This document shows, one piece after another, positions 1 through 12,810 of a stretch of DNA of 64,000 nt. Made by a program: the position numbers and the translations under genes. Every line of letters starts with the position of its first letter. Within the stretch, counting starts at the first letter, position 1. The DNA is taken from assembly GCA_027604505.1 (NCBI GenBank), contig JADIIX010000011.1, positions 62,001 to 126,000 on the forward strand. Direction: 5' to 3'. Origin of the DNA: Gonapodya sp. JEL0774 (lineage: Eukaryota). The notes beneath the pieces are model-generated. The model ran no database searches, had not been told where the DNA came from, and saw only the letters and a program-made list of their open reading frames with translations.

Positions 1-3000
1 ACGCGTAAATTGCCGCTATGGAATTCCGATGGACAGCTCCCGATGTCCATACAGGACCGATCCTCTGTGTTGCTTTCAACCCTCTGCGTAGAGAGCTGCA
101 CACAGGCGGTCAAGGTGTGAATCCCACTCTCTTCACATACGTAGCGGTCTCTCTGAATAATCGCTCTTCACCCTGAATCCCACGATCGTCAAGACACTCG
201 GTTGAGAACATTCGATTTCGAGAGTGGAAAGCTGTTACACACCGCAAATGAGCATACTGGATGGATTACCGCGCTTGTATTCTGCCAAGATCTACGTGTT
301 CTTATTAGTGGCTCGGTAGACGGACTCATTTGCGTGTGGGGTGGTGGTGGGAAGCTGTTGAGTGAATTAGAACATCAGACCAATGGGGACTCTCAATGTC
401 TAACCGTATTCGTCCCATCAGTTTGCAAAAGATCGACACAAACTCTCCTATTTTTAGCATGGCGTTTTCGGCCCGCCGTCAGCACCTCATGATTGGTTTC
501 AGGGAGGGCAGAATCCACATGTATCAAGCAACTTCTCCGGACGATGCTCGTGCGACTGCGGACGGTATAGATGTTCTGGAAATTTGGTTCAGCGAAGAAA
601 CAGCGCACTGTGACGTTGTGTCCTGTCTCGTCACGCTTGAGGGCAGATTCTACTCTGGAGGTTTCGATGGCAAACTCATTATTTATGATACGCCATCTCA
701 CTCAAACGCGCTCACGCAATCGCCACCTCCTCAAAAGAAAATGCAATCTGGGCATTCTCTTCATTATCCTTCTCAGACGCAGATGAGGGTACTTCACATA
801 GTCTCGAATGCGCATGATGCAGGCATCACTCATATGTCGGTCTCGCTAGATGCCGAAACCACTTGGTTGATCACAGGCTCTTTTGATAAGTCCGTCAAAC
901 TATTCTCTCCGGATGGAAATCTGCTGATGAGATTCGACGGGATGAATACCACGGTTACCGGTTGTTGTTATGTTAGAGCTACTGGAACAGTGTGGTGTGC
1001 TGGAGACAGTCCGTTTCCTTTGGTGTTCGAGGCGCGATCAGGTGTTAATGTTACGGATTTTGTTCAAGGACCGCACGATCCCAAGATTCTGGAAATGGCG
1101 GGCGTCGTGGGATCTGGACAAGGGCCTGGATCTAGACTCAGCTCAGCACGCTTAAATGGACAGTCGTCGGCAACTTCCCGCTCATCAAACAGTGTCGGTT
1201 CAGGTCTTGGATTCAAGCGTCTGCTTTATGTTGAGGAAGGCGCGTGTATCGTAGGAACCGCCGGGCGAAGGTTGATTTTATGGAGATTCAACCCTGCTAG
1301 TAGTGTGAGCACACTCATTGCCGCAGATGCACCGGTTGAAGCAGTCACTTATAGTATGTGATTGTGAACTTGTGCTACTGTCAAAATTCCATGCTAATGG
1401 ACACGAACCACATTTCAGCTGCAAAAGAACCACTACTTATATTTTCCGCCGGAGGAGACTCAGTGGTGAGAAAGTGGGAGAGACTACAACTCAATGCTTT
1501 CCTTTACGCCCAGGAGCCACTCACATTGCCTCGCGAACTAGTAGTTCAAGACAGTGGAAAAGACCTCGGCTCGTATTTTGCAACGTCGTCTGAAGTGAAT
1601 GAAGATTTCGCAAAGGCTTCTTCAAAAGGTTCTCGACGAAGTGGTTTGACGCGCAGGCGGCGAAAACACAGCTTGCTGGTCGGTGGATCCCCACCGTTGA
1701 CGAACCTCGGTCATGAGAAGCATCAGCATTCAGAACAATCTAAAACGGATTATTTGTTCAACACTCACGGATGGGCGCGTGCTGCGGCCCGGAAGCAGCA
1801 CCCCACCTGTCTGACAATTCTGTACTATGAACAGATGGACATTCTGGTCGCTGGTTACGAGAACGGCAGGGTCGTTGTCTATGGCTATAGTGATGACAAT
1901 TTGACACGAAGCTCTATTGCTTCTGAAATGGTCGACCGCGGACAAGCATTATTATCTCAGAGTTCAAGGAGTGGCTCAGCCGATATTTTACGTCCTCCCA
2001 GTGGTCGAGATGGTGTGACTAATCGTGTTTCTGGACTTACTTCCCGGTATTTTCTCCAAGATCACAACGATTCGGTGACCGGGATCGTATGCGCCACCTA
2101 CGCGGGGGGTCATTGGCTGGTAAGTGTGAATGCCTGATCGAGCTTGTATTTGCGAAATCGAAGTTCTATGTATTACCCAGCTCACGGTGGGATTCGATCG
2201 ACGAATCATAATCACGAACCTCCAAAACGGTCGAATGAAAGAAGGAATCATTGATGCGGCCGATGGAGAAATCCTCGGGATGGACTTCTGCCCGGAAAGA
2301 AATGAATTTGCGTATTGCAGCTCAGATAAAAATTGCTATCTACGCGCATTTAGCAATGCAAGCAAGGACATGTCACTTCGAGGTAAACTCTCGTTTGTTC
2401 CAATGTGGCGGCGAATGAAACTGATGAATCTCGACATTGCATTCCAGCCGTGATGCAGGGTCATGATGGTGAGGTCACATCTGTAAAATGGAATGCACAG
2501 CGACGGATCTGGGTCACATGCTCTGACGACCGCACAGTCCGCTTGTGGCCGGAAGATGGTATTCCATGCCTCAAAGTGATGACCAGTGATGCTCCATGCA
2601 AGTCATTGGCATGCGATGTAAGTTTGGCGGCGTGATTTGTCACCTTGATACTCAACTGTCTGCTCCGGCAGCTTTTGAATGGATGCATCCTTGTCGGTTG
2701 CTCCGACTATCTGATCAGAGTGTTCGATCCAGAAAAATTGCCCGAGGTCGTGCAAGTTTTATCCGGACACTCTGATGAAGTCCGTGACATTGTTCATTTG
2801 GTATCACGCGGTCAGTATATTTCTGCAAGCTGGGATGGCACTTTGCGTGGTGAGGCGATCCTCCCTTCAGCATTGTTGAATGTCGCTTATATATGCTGTC
2901 CACCCTGCGGTCTCAGTTTGGAACTCATATTCTAAAAAGATCGCAAGAACCAATCTTGTTCCTGTCGCAGCAGCCGAGGGTAAACAAAAAGAAGCACCAG

Positions 3001-3134
3001 AAGAATTAGACAGGAGATCGCCAACTCGAATGGGCACTGGAAAGAAAAATGCAGAGACGGAAAGTGTGAGTGGTGGGATTCCCCCGACAACGTTGGTGAT
3101 ACAACTTGTTCCAACAGAGGCCCCCCCTTTATGA
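1..3134 (+). CDS. Multi-exon WD40-repeat protein, 5' end outside the window
   Basis: Many WD40 repeats across spliced ORFs (HTGWITALVF..SGSVDGLICVW, AHDAGIT..TGSFDKSVKLF, GHDGEVTSVKW..TCSDDRTVRLW, GHSDEVRDI..SASWDGTLR). GT-AG introns; stop at 3132-3134. Confidence 0.8.
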
Positions 3135-3226
3135 TCATAGATGGAGCAAATGCGATTACAAAGTGAACTTCTTGCGACAATTGCTAATTTATCTAAACCG
3201 ACGAGACAACAATAGCATTATATCCG

Positions 3227-6200
3227 TTAAGCATGTTTTTTCGGTTCAAGATTCCCTCGGATATCCTCATCAACTACAGTCCCTTGTTCTTTGGCAATTT
3301 CCGTTTCTTTCAGTTGTTGAGTCCACAGGTCATGATATAATCCATTCTTTGCCAGGAGCTCATTGTGCGTTCCCTGTTCCACAATGCCTCCATCCTTCAA
3401 CACGATTACTTTGTCCACCCCCACGATGGTGGACAAACGATGTGCAATGATCAGCGTTGTGCGATTTTCGGTGAGGTTCCGGATTGCATCTTGAATGAGA
3501 CGCTCCGTGACAGTGTCGAGTGCACTCTGAAACAAACCACACAACATTATCGTTCCCGAGGATGAAATCCAAGCCTCTCGGAAACTGTTCCGGCATTTGG
3601 CTGCTCACCGTTGCCTCGTCCAATAAAAGAATCCGCGGATTCTTCAGCACTGTGCGCGCGATGGCTACTCGCTGTTTCTCCCCTCCACTCAACCTACCGC
3701 ATGACCAGAAATATGTAGGAAATCTAACACGAGTTCAATCAGTTGAGATCTTTAATTCACCTTAAACCCCGCTCTCCGACTTTTGTGGAGTATCCTTATG
3801 GGTGTCAGAGGGCTCCCGGTTCAGCACATTACATAAATAAGTCATCACAGACGCGACTTACCATCCTTGAAAGTTAAAATGCGTTCGTGAATCTGCCCAA
3901 CTTTCGCAGCTTCCTCGACCTCTTCGTCTGTTGCGTTCACTTTTGCATACTTTATATTATTTTTGACCGTGTCGTTGAATAACACGGTGTCCTTTGTAAT
4001 GCACAGAATTCGTGAGCGCAGCCATGTGGACCGACTTGCACTGAACCAGTCAACGCACCTGAGGAACCACCCCAATATGCTTCCTCAAACTCTGCTGAGT
4101 AACACTACGAATATCTTTCCCATCGATCGTTATGCGTCCTGCCTTAACATCGTAAAATCTGAACAAGAGGCGCATGATGGTGCTTTTCCCGGAACCTGAG
4201 GGTCCGACAAGCGCCACAGATTTCCCAGGAGGAATTTCGAACGATATATCCTTGATTGCCGCTTGCTTTGGGTCATATTCAAAGGACACGTGGTCTGAGA
4301 CAAACAAGATGAGCCTTCCAGATTTTCAGAGAAAAATCTCCTTGTACTCACCAAATACAACATGACCATTTTCAAGAACCAGTTCCGTCGCATCTGGAGC
4401 ATCGCGGACGGCGGCGCTCTCTTCGAACAAGTCAAGCATTTTCTCCATGTCGACGAAGTTCTGTTGGATCATGCGGTAGTATGTTCCAAACCAATTGCTG
4501 TTGACGTCTTGTGAGCTTGCCGACACCCATGCAGATGTACATCGATCTGAACACTCACAGAGGACCGTACAACTGTGTTATATAGGTGAGGAACATCACG
4601 AAATCTCCCACAGTCAACATGCCATCCACAACTTCCCTAGCCTGCAAAAAAAATGAGATGAGCTCCACATCATGCCACACAATCAGTAGCTTCCTCCCAC
4701 TCACACAGAGCAAGCACCCCGCTAGCAATCCGAGAGTAATAATCGCATTCTGTGATGTATTCAGTACCGTGAGCGAGGCAGACGACTTCCAGTCCGCCGC
4801 TTGATACGCCACGATTGCTTTTTCGTACTCATTCACTTCATAGGCCTCCAGGAGGAATTGTTCATTAGCGTTGCAACATTTTAGACTTGAATCGTTATTC
4901 AAATGCTTCGTACCTCGTTACCATAGTATTTAACCGTCTCGAAATTGAGAAGCGAATCCACGGATCTGGTTCTCGTCGCATTATCCAAGTCAATCATCTC
5001 CCTTCTGAATGAGGTCCTCCACTCCGTAATGATAACAGTGAAGACGATATACAGCTGCCGGAGGGTAGAGGTGGTATGAGTAACACGACCACGAAGTTGT
5101 GTATCGGTATTCCAATTGATCTGCTACAGAAACTCACCGACATTGTCAGGAATACAACGAGCGCGATGCTCCAGTCAAAGGCGACAAGGAACACACCACA
5201 TGCAATGATAATGTCCGCAAAAACTAACGTGAAAGAGGGAAATAGGTACTTTCAGGCTGTTGTGGACTACTTGTCAAATCGTAGCCATCTGACTCACCGG
5301 GGAATATGTTGAACAAAATGTAGCTCAGGAGCGAAACAATACTATTCGTCCCACGGTCCACGATCTGTCCGGCAAGAAACCATCTTTGTGATGCCGCCTA
5401 CCCATTAACAAACTGTTGCGAACCCACCCTCAGTACTTCTCCTGTCTTTCTTTGCAAGTGCCACTGCAAACTCAGGCTGTGTAGGTGTGCAAAGAGATCC
5501 TAATCGCCAGAAGAGGAGGATCGATGAAATTTCGCGCTCAGTGGGCCTCTGTGTTGGTAGGACTCACCACGGACACAACTCTTGTCGAATACTGTCCTAT
5601 GGAGATCCAGGCGAGTGATTGAACGGATGAGAGAAGGCCCACGCCGCCTTGGAGGAAGCCTAGATCCAAGAGAGATGATTACACAGATTGAAGGGTTCGA
5701 CAACGGGGATTGGCGTGCGTTGGTGCGATGAAAACAAGGGTAAGGAGCAGGAAATAGTTCGGTGGAAAAGCCGGGTAGGTTAAAAGGAGACACACAACAT
5801 ACGGTAGAAGACGAAAAGGAAAATGTTGCCCCATGTGAAGCCCTGGAAACGGCGAGGCAAGTAATTGGAGGGAGCTTCATGGTTCGGGCGACCAATGAAC
5901 AAGAACATCACCCACCGGAGAATCTTTCACTGCCGCTAACTGATCGATTACAATCTTGTATTGCAGCACCACAAGCACATTCACGATCCGTCCAATGATA
6001 AGGATTGTGAAACAAAACACGACCAACAGTTGAAGCTTTACACTCTTTGTCGGCCACACATAAGGGAGCAGAGTATACATCTTCTCCCAAAAGTAGTCGA
6101 AGGTGCTCGTGTCATCCGTGGCGGATTCTGGGGTGGAAGCGGATGGATGCCCCTCTTCAATGGTTGAAGGGTTGCTTTGGCGATACAGGCTTACGCAGTA

Positions 6201-7067
6201 GGAGATGGCGACGATAGCGAGAAGTGTGATTTCGAATAGAAAACGTGCAGCGAAGAGCGTAATGTAAAGATAGTTTGGCTGAGCGCCTAGTGTTTGAAAA
6301 TTGGGGTTTAAGAAGCGAGTACGTTCGCCCACAACAGATGGGAAGAAGCCCACCAAAGTACGCTCACCATCACTAGGGGAAGAAATGAGAACTGCCCACT
6401 GATATGCGACAACTGTGTCCGCAAGCGTCGCCAGGAGCCAGAATCCAGGCACAATGCTCCATCGGTCCTCGAGGTCTGTCCAGGCACCGGCCAATTCGGA
6501 TGAACGAGATGAATGTGGGGTCGAAGGTGAGATTCCTTGTTTAGAACCATCATTGGTAGAGGTTCCATTGCCGTTGATTGCCCGTTGGCTCCCAAGGGAG
6601 CCTGCTGCCGAAGCTGCCGAAGCGGCAGCGGCAGCAGCTGCAGTCCGTAACGCTTTCCTTTTACGTCTGCGAGCACTGCTTTCAACGTATAGTATAGCTG
6701 ATATTGTGAGCCATGCGGCAAGTGCAAGAAGGCTCCCAGCAAGGAGGTGAGGAGATCCGAGGAAACCACGCCGATTCAAGTGCGTGAGGGCCTCAAGGAG
6801 CACTAATAGCACGACAATGGCATTGAATGAAATGATAATACTAGAGGCTTGGGTGACAGAGAGGTAGGTGACGGGAGATTGAGGGCGTGCACGAAACGAC
6901 GTCCCATCATTTGGATCCTCGGGAAGTCGTATCCTGCGTGGGCGAACAGAGACGTAGCGAAAAGAGCCGGCAACAATGAGGTAGAAAACTAAAACGGCAG
7001 GAAGGACCAGACCGATGAAGCAGGAGGAGAAAAGCGGCGGTTGAAAAATAGGACCAGAGCAGGACAT
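3227..7067 (-). CDS. HMT1: ABCB half-transporter, HMT1/ABCB6 type (heavy-metal tolerance)
   Basis: Long N-terminal TM region, ABC TM domain ([37 protein letters not shown]), Walker [10 protein letters not shown], signature [13 protein letters not shown], Walker [21 protein letters not shown]. More than 10 introns; the start ATG at 7067 is inferred. Confidence 0.9.
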
Positions 7068-7507
7068 TTCCCAAGGTGGAGTGCCAGAACGAGACAAGTG
7101 TTGATGGCTTATGAGGAGCTGAAACGCTCTGCAAAGTATCCAATGTCAAGGAGCCTCGAGCTTGCAGTCCCAAGTCACTGACGCTGACGCAAGTCAACCC
7201 GATACTGCACTTTGGTGGTATGCAATTTCCCAACGCGCAAATGGGATTGTCAAAAGACCAGTCAATGTGAGAAGTTTACTAAGCGAAGTTGAACTCCTTC
7301 CAATTGGTGCTATGTCCCTGAGAGTAGTGGGAACACGAAGTTGTTCGGGAGGAGCGTGGGGGGCATATTTCATATATCATTGGCACCACACCCCCAAGAC
7401 TGCGGTCATTCCTGGGCACCTTCCTGGGGGCATTCCCGGCATATGAGTCAAAAATCTAACCCCGCTGCATAACTGACGGGCGGGGATTGCGCTTTCAAAC
7501 TTTTACA

Positions 7508-8054
7508 ATGTCATTTGGAGCACCACCTTCCACCTACGCTTCCCCTGTGGCACCCGACCTCGGCAGCTTCCCTCTGGACCGTGAAGGTACCTGCCGTTTC
7601 TTGCTTACCTGACAAACCTTGATCCACCCTCTCTCTCAAAGGCACCTGCACACACCTGATGAAGCAGTACATGATATGCCTGCAGAAAAATGGCAGGGAG
7701 GGAATGGCGTGTCGCGGGATCACAAAAGCTTACTTGCAATGCCGGATGGAAAAGTGCGTACAAAACCACTATGCGGAGCGTTACTTTGGAGGCTTGGAAG
7801 ACTTGTGTGGCTCGGAATGTGGATGTACCACCGTTCCTTCACGGGGCCTCGCTCAACAGAGATGGGCATGCCCTGGAAGATTCAATTTTCAATGCACAAT
7901 CAGTGACTAATCTCACACTCATTACACATCCTCATCACAATACGTCCTGCTGCCGGTATCCCGTTTATTTAGTGGTCTGATGCGAAAAGACGACCTCAAA
8001 GCGCTGGGATTTTGGGACGAGAACAACGGTGGCGCTACACGAAGTCAGTCATAG
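7508..8054 (+). CDS. COX19: Cytochrome c oxidase assembly factor Cox19 (twin CX9C)
   Basis: Three exons give MSFGAPP..PDLGSFPLDREG-TCTHLMKQYMICL..ACRGITKAYLQCRMEN-GLMRKDDLKALGF, with the characteristic GSFPLD and twin CX9C motifs. Confidence 0.9.
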
Positions 8055-8338
8055 TGGTTGAATTTGGTGTCATCCTTTGCAGGTTATCGGAATTGACATT
8101 CATTCGGGTCTGCCTTGAGGCCGTCATTCTGCTGATTGATAACACTCTGATTTCACCATTATTTATCAAAGCACCCACACATTAGAGCTTCTTGTAAATC
8201 TACTCACACGAATTACACCAGATACGAGCTCATATGCTTTGAGTATGACCCCTCCTTGTATTGTACATAGAGGTTTGGCAGAACTTCCCCACAAACGGCA
8301 CTCGAGTGCGAAAACATACAACTAACTCAATCCATACT

Positions 8339-10464
8339 ATGTCCACCGCCATACCCGGCATCCGGCCTCGGGTGTTCCTCGAAGTTGAGATAGAGGGAAG
8401 AAAATGTTCGTTCAACTCTTCTTGAGGACCTGCATTAGTGGGACCAGCTACCGTTGTTGGGAAGAAGCTGCATCCCATTGAATGAACGACTGCAGTGCAG
8501 GCATCGCCATCTTCATTGTTGATCGATGAACTTGTCTCTCATTTGCCTTTTGGTCGATTGTACGAAACTGTAACCTCTTCTTGTCTCTCGCAATTCTCGG
8601 TTCAGTGGGAAGGTGAGACGCCAACCTACACGCATGCATCCCTCAGTGCAGCTCTCAGCAATTAAGGTATTTTCTACCCCAGAATCGTGATTGAGCTGTT
8701 TAACGACGAAGTACCGCGGACATGCGAAAACTTTCGGTGAGCAGATCGCGGACCCCACAATTCGGTCTGTGAGCCCGAGATTTAATGTTATTAATTTTTG
8801 ACAGAGCTCTGTGTACGGGCGAAAAGGGCCGCTCGCGAGCCTCTGGTGCCCCGCTTCACTACAAAAACTCTCGACTACACAGGATCATCAAGGGATTTAT
8901 GGTGGGTTGTTCGACATTCCAACGCAGTCTCAACCTTGTTTCATTCTGATTACTCCCGCCCTTTCTCCAACCGATTTATGTGGACAATAGATCCAGGGCG
9001 GTGATTTTACTCGGGGGGACGGACGCGGGGGCGAGTCGATTTATGGAGGCACAATGGAGGACGAAAGCCTCAAGAGAAAGCATACCAAGGAGGGTTTGCT
9101 TTCTATGGCTAACCGAGGTGATAATGGCGTTGGTAGTCCTCATTGTTGGTTCAGTCCCCATTCTAAAACCCGCAATCTCTGCTCCATCGCGAACGTTAAC
9201 CCTCAATACGTAGGACCCAACACTGCCACCTCACAATTTTTCATCACAACTCGTCCCACTCCTCATTTGGACGGCAAACACGTGGTTTTTGGGCAAGTCG
9301 TATCGGGATATGAAGTCGTGGAAGAATTGGAGAAGGTACAAGTGGACGAAAAGGATAAGCCCCTCAAGGATGTAAGAATTGTAAACTGCGGAGAATTGGA
9401 ACTAAGGTTGCCAAAGGGGATGACAAGTATGTTTATCGGGGCTCGAATTCCGGTTTGATGCGGACCCACATCTTCTGAGTGCACCCCTTTTGTCAATCCC
9501 CGTTACAAACTCTAAAGTTGAAGAGTTTCAGAAACGCCTAAACGCCAAGAAAGCTCCCACTGCCGCCCCCGCTCCATCTTCAAAATCCTCCAAACGCAAG
9601 AAGAGGGAAGACACCGCGGAAGACTCGAGTGAGGAGGATTCGGAAGATTCAGAAGACGATTCGAGTGACGATGAAAAAAAGAGTCGCAGCAGAAAGGAAC
9701 CGTCAAAGGTGGACAAGGATAGCCAAAGCAGTCGCAAGGAAAAGAAACATTCGAGTGGGAGTAAAAGCAAAAGTGCGGAGAAGGTATCAAAACGGAAAAA
9801 GAAGGACTCCCGCTCGGAATCAGATGGCGAGGTGGAAGAGGGTTCTCTGTCGCGAACGCAATCGGAGCAGAACTGGCGCGGCCCTGTGGAAGACCGTACC
9901 ATGTACAATCCTTATGAGGACTCTTTGAGAGACAGAGCACTTTCGGTACCCTCGCTTCCCGATAAGGAACAAGTGGACTCGAAGGGGCGAAAGATTAAAG
10001 GGCGAGGATGGGCGCGGGCTGATGGGGGAAGAGGCGGTTGGAACCCGAACGCAAATTCCCGGCGATATGAAGAGCCTCACCGACAACCAAACGGCGGAGG
10101 CGTTTGGAGGGGCTCTGGTTGGAGACCCCCCGGGTCAAGCGGTAGGGTTGATGGGCCTGACAAGGGTATGCGATTCGTCCGGAGCGAGTTTGGAGAGAGA
10201 GTCAATGTTGCAATTAGCAGCAACATTTCCTTGGTGGAAAGAGAGCACGGTCCCAACACTCGAAGACGAGAAAGCGTTGATGATCACCACCGAGATAATG
10301 AAAGGCGTACAGAAAATAGACGTGATTTGAAGGCGGATGACGGAAACCGGAGCAGGCGCATTGATCCCAACGGAGATGCAGATTCTGTAGAAAGGAGGGG
10401 ATCATCTCCTGACAGGCGAGACAGGCCGGGGCGCGAGAGACTGCATTCCCAGGGTAGTCTCTAA
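8339..10464 (+). CDS. Cyclophilin-type PPIase with long K/S/R/D-rich tail (PPIG/SR-cyclophilin-like)
   Basis: [79 protein letters not shown], then a low-complexity charged tail with GRKIKGRG. Includes a 7-nt exon at 8606-8612. Confidence 0.88.
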
Positions 10465-10500
10465 TGATTGTACGTTCTCTAATTACATAAACATGAGGCT

Positions 10501-12581
10501 TTATTCCTCCTCCCCTTCCTCAAAGAGATCTTCTTTTGGTGCATCTGTGGGAGTGAACTGTTGCTGAAGATTTGACAGCTGTAGTCGACGGGCCGCCGCA
10601 GTTTCTGAAAGCACCACAACAAGTTCAATATGACAAGCAAGCATGTGACGCAGCTACCATTCGTTTTGACTAACCTTTCGGTCCTTTAATCTTCCGGGTT
10701 CCTTTTGTAATAGGGGTGGCGAGCGATGTGACAGCCTTAGGGGGAGCACCGGGTTTGCCACTTCCGGCGTCTGCCGATTCTGCCGTGAAGTACAGCATCT
10801 TGTCGCTTAAAAAATCAGGGGACAGGGCTAATCAGCCAAATTGGCTGATTTCGAAAAGGTGAGGACCACAAACCCACGCAAAAGTCAGGTCCTCTGTGTG
10901 CATCTTCTGCTTCTCCTTGATCTTGATTCGGACGGTCTTGGAGTTCGCAGCTGATTTGCTGATTTGCTTGACCCACTGTTTATGCATTGACGTTAAGCGG
11001 GATCTTAGATGTGACGGCGGATACCCTCTTCACTCACTCCGGGAATCTTATACTCCCCGGTGTCCTCCATATTCTTTTTGGCATCTGCCATGGATGAAGT
11101 AGCCATTTGAAGAGTTTGATTCTGTCTTTTCTCTTGCTCAAGACGCTGTTTAAGAGCTGCCAGTTCTGCTTCCTGTGTAGAAGCAGGGGTCTCTGTCTCC
11201 AAGTACGACTTCGCCAGCTTTTCTTCATCCTCTCCTTCATCCTCTTCCTCAGCCTCCCCTTCATCCTCTTCCGCAACTTCAATCACAGGCGCCTCACTGG
11301 GCTTACTGAAAGGACTGGATTCTCTAATCTGTTTTGCCACGGAAGCTTCCTCCTTGGACCCTCGCCTTGCAACAATTCCAAGAACATCGTGCTGTAGCTG
11401 GAAGACAAGGGTCTCAAGCTTCTTTCTCTCTTCGGCTTCCCTATGGAGCTGCGCTTTCACGGCTTCTAATTCCTCGTGTGCGTGCTTGTTCTCCTCCTGA
11501 ACGGCATGAGCCTCTTCTTCGAGCCTGGCATTGATCTTGGCAAGTTCAGCAATTTTGTTTTCGATAGCAGGTTCAGCAGGTTCAGATTCTGTGACTGAGA
11601 GCTCTGACTCGGAAGGCGGCGATTCTGTTTCGGGCACTTCTTGGACTTTTGTCTGATTTTCGTTCGGAATCTGTACCTCGGGCACGGCAGTAGCTGGGGA
11701 TACCTCTTCTTCAATCTCGCTCTCTGCGATTTGAGGTTCCTCAGTGACTTTCGGGGCAACATCATTCAACTGCGCTGGAGGCTCTTTCACCAGTTGCATG
11801 GCCTCAGTCTCCGGTTCGTTCTGATCGGCAGGTTTCTCATTAAGGAGCTGCTGCACCGCATTTTCCATCTCCTGAGGGGCAGAAAGCTTAGCTGCAGCAA
11901 TTACTTCGCTGTCGATAACTGGTTGCTGCTGGTTTGAGACTGTTGCCCTCCTCGATGCATTCTGGCTTGCAGCCGTAGCTAGTTCCTTCATCTGGACAGG
12001 AGTGAAGTGAATGTGCATTACAGAATCATATCCACACAAAGTACATCGAATACAAACCATTGCTGCGGGTTTGAGCTCCCCAGTTAGGTGCCGCTTGAGA
12101 GCAATGACGTACTGTTGAACAGACGGGTTCCAAGGGGGCTCACGGTATGTTGTCTGAGTGGTGTGGCTGGCAAGGAAGATCCGTCAATAACGATAAGAAA
12201 TTCACCAATGCCGGATCGAATGAGACGTACTCGATGTAGTACACCTCATCGACGTGGTCTTTATCCACCGCCTCCTCCCAACCGTAGGGCAGCACTCCAG
12301 GTTTGATTTTCGTGATGTCGTGCTCACGAACCAATTTCGACCGAGGGTCAACCCAGGTGACAGTCTTGGTAGATTGGCTAGTAAAGAACGACCGTGAGAC
12401 AATGATGCACCATCGGGGCTTGCGGTCGGCCTCTGACGGACTCTCACTCAACGTAGAAGTCCCTACCAGCTGGCGTCTTCCCTGCAAGCCATCCAGCCGG
12501 CAAAGGTCCAAGTACCTCCTCGGTCTCGATGACAGAGTTGATGGCGCGATGGGTCTGGTGGCGCTGAACGGGGCTCATCAT
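10501..12581 (-). CDS. Tandem WW-domain, coiled-coil protein (KIBRA/WWC-like); 3' end uncertain
   Basis: Spliced N-terminus GPLPAGWLAGKTPAGRDFYVDQSTKTVTWVDPR..LPYGWEEAVDKDHVDEVYYIDHTTQTTYREPPW, an acidic/coiled-coil middle exon (ORF 11005-12060) and C-terminal EDLTFADKMLYFT. Confidence 0.75.
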
Positions 12582-12810
12582 CGTAGCGGCGTCGCCCGAG
12601 GGGGATTATCAGTGTTATCTCTACTGTCACAAACAAGCAGTAGGTTGAAATTGGCGAATTCGGGATCTGCGCTGGAAACAGGGGTGGCGCTGTGAAACTG
12701 TCGGAAAAATTCTTCGGTTGTTTCGGGCTTGGCTCTCATCATACGACCAAAGCCCCGATGACTTCCATGCGAAACTCCAGGCACTAGGCACTAGGCACCT
12801 GTTGACATTA

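Noticed and set aside
3790..3797. U12-type donor GTATCCTT
   Set aside because: It lies on the non-coding strand of the ABC transporter gene; no minor-class intron was identified in the window.
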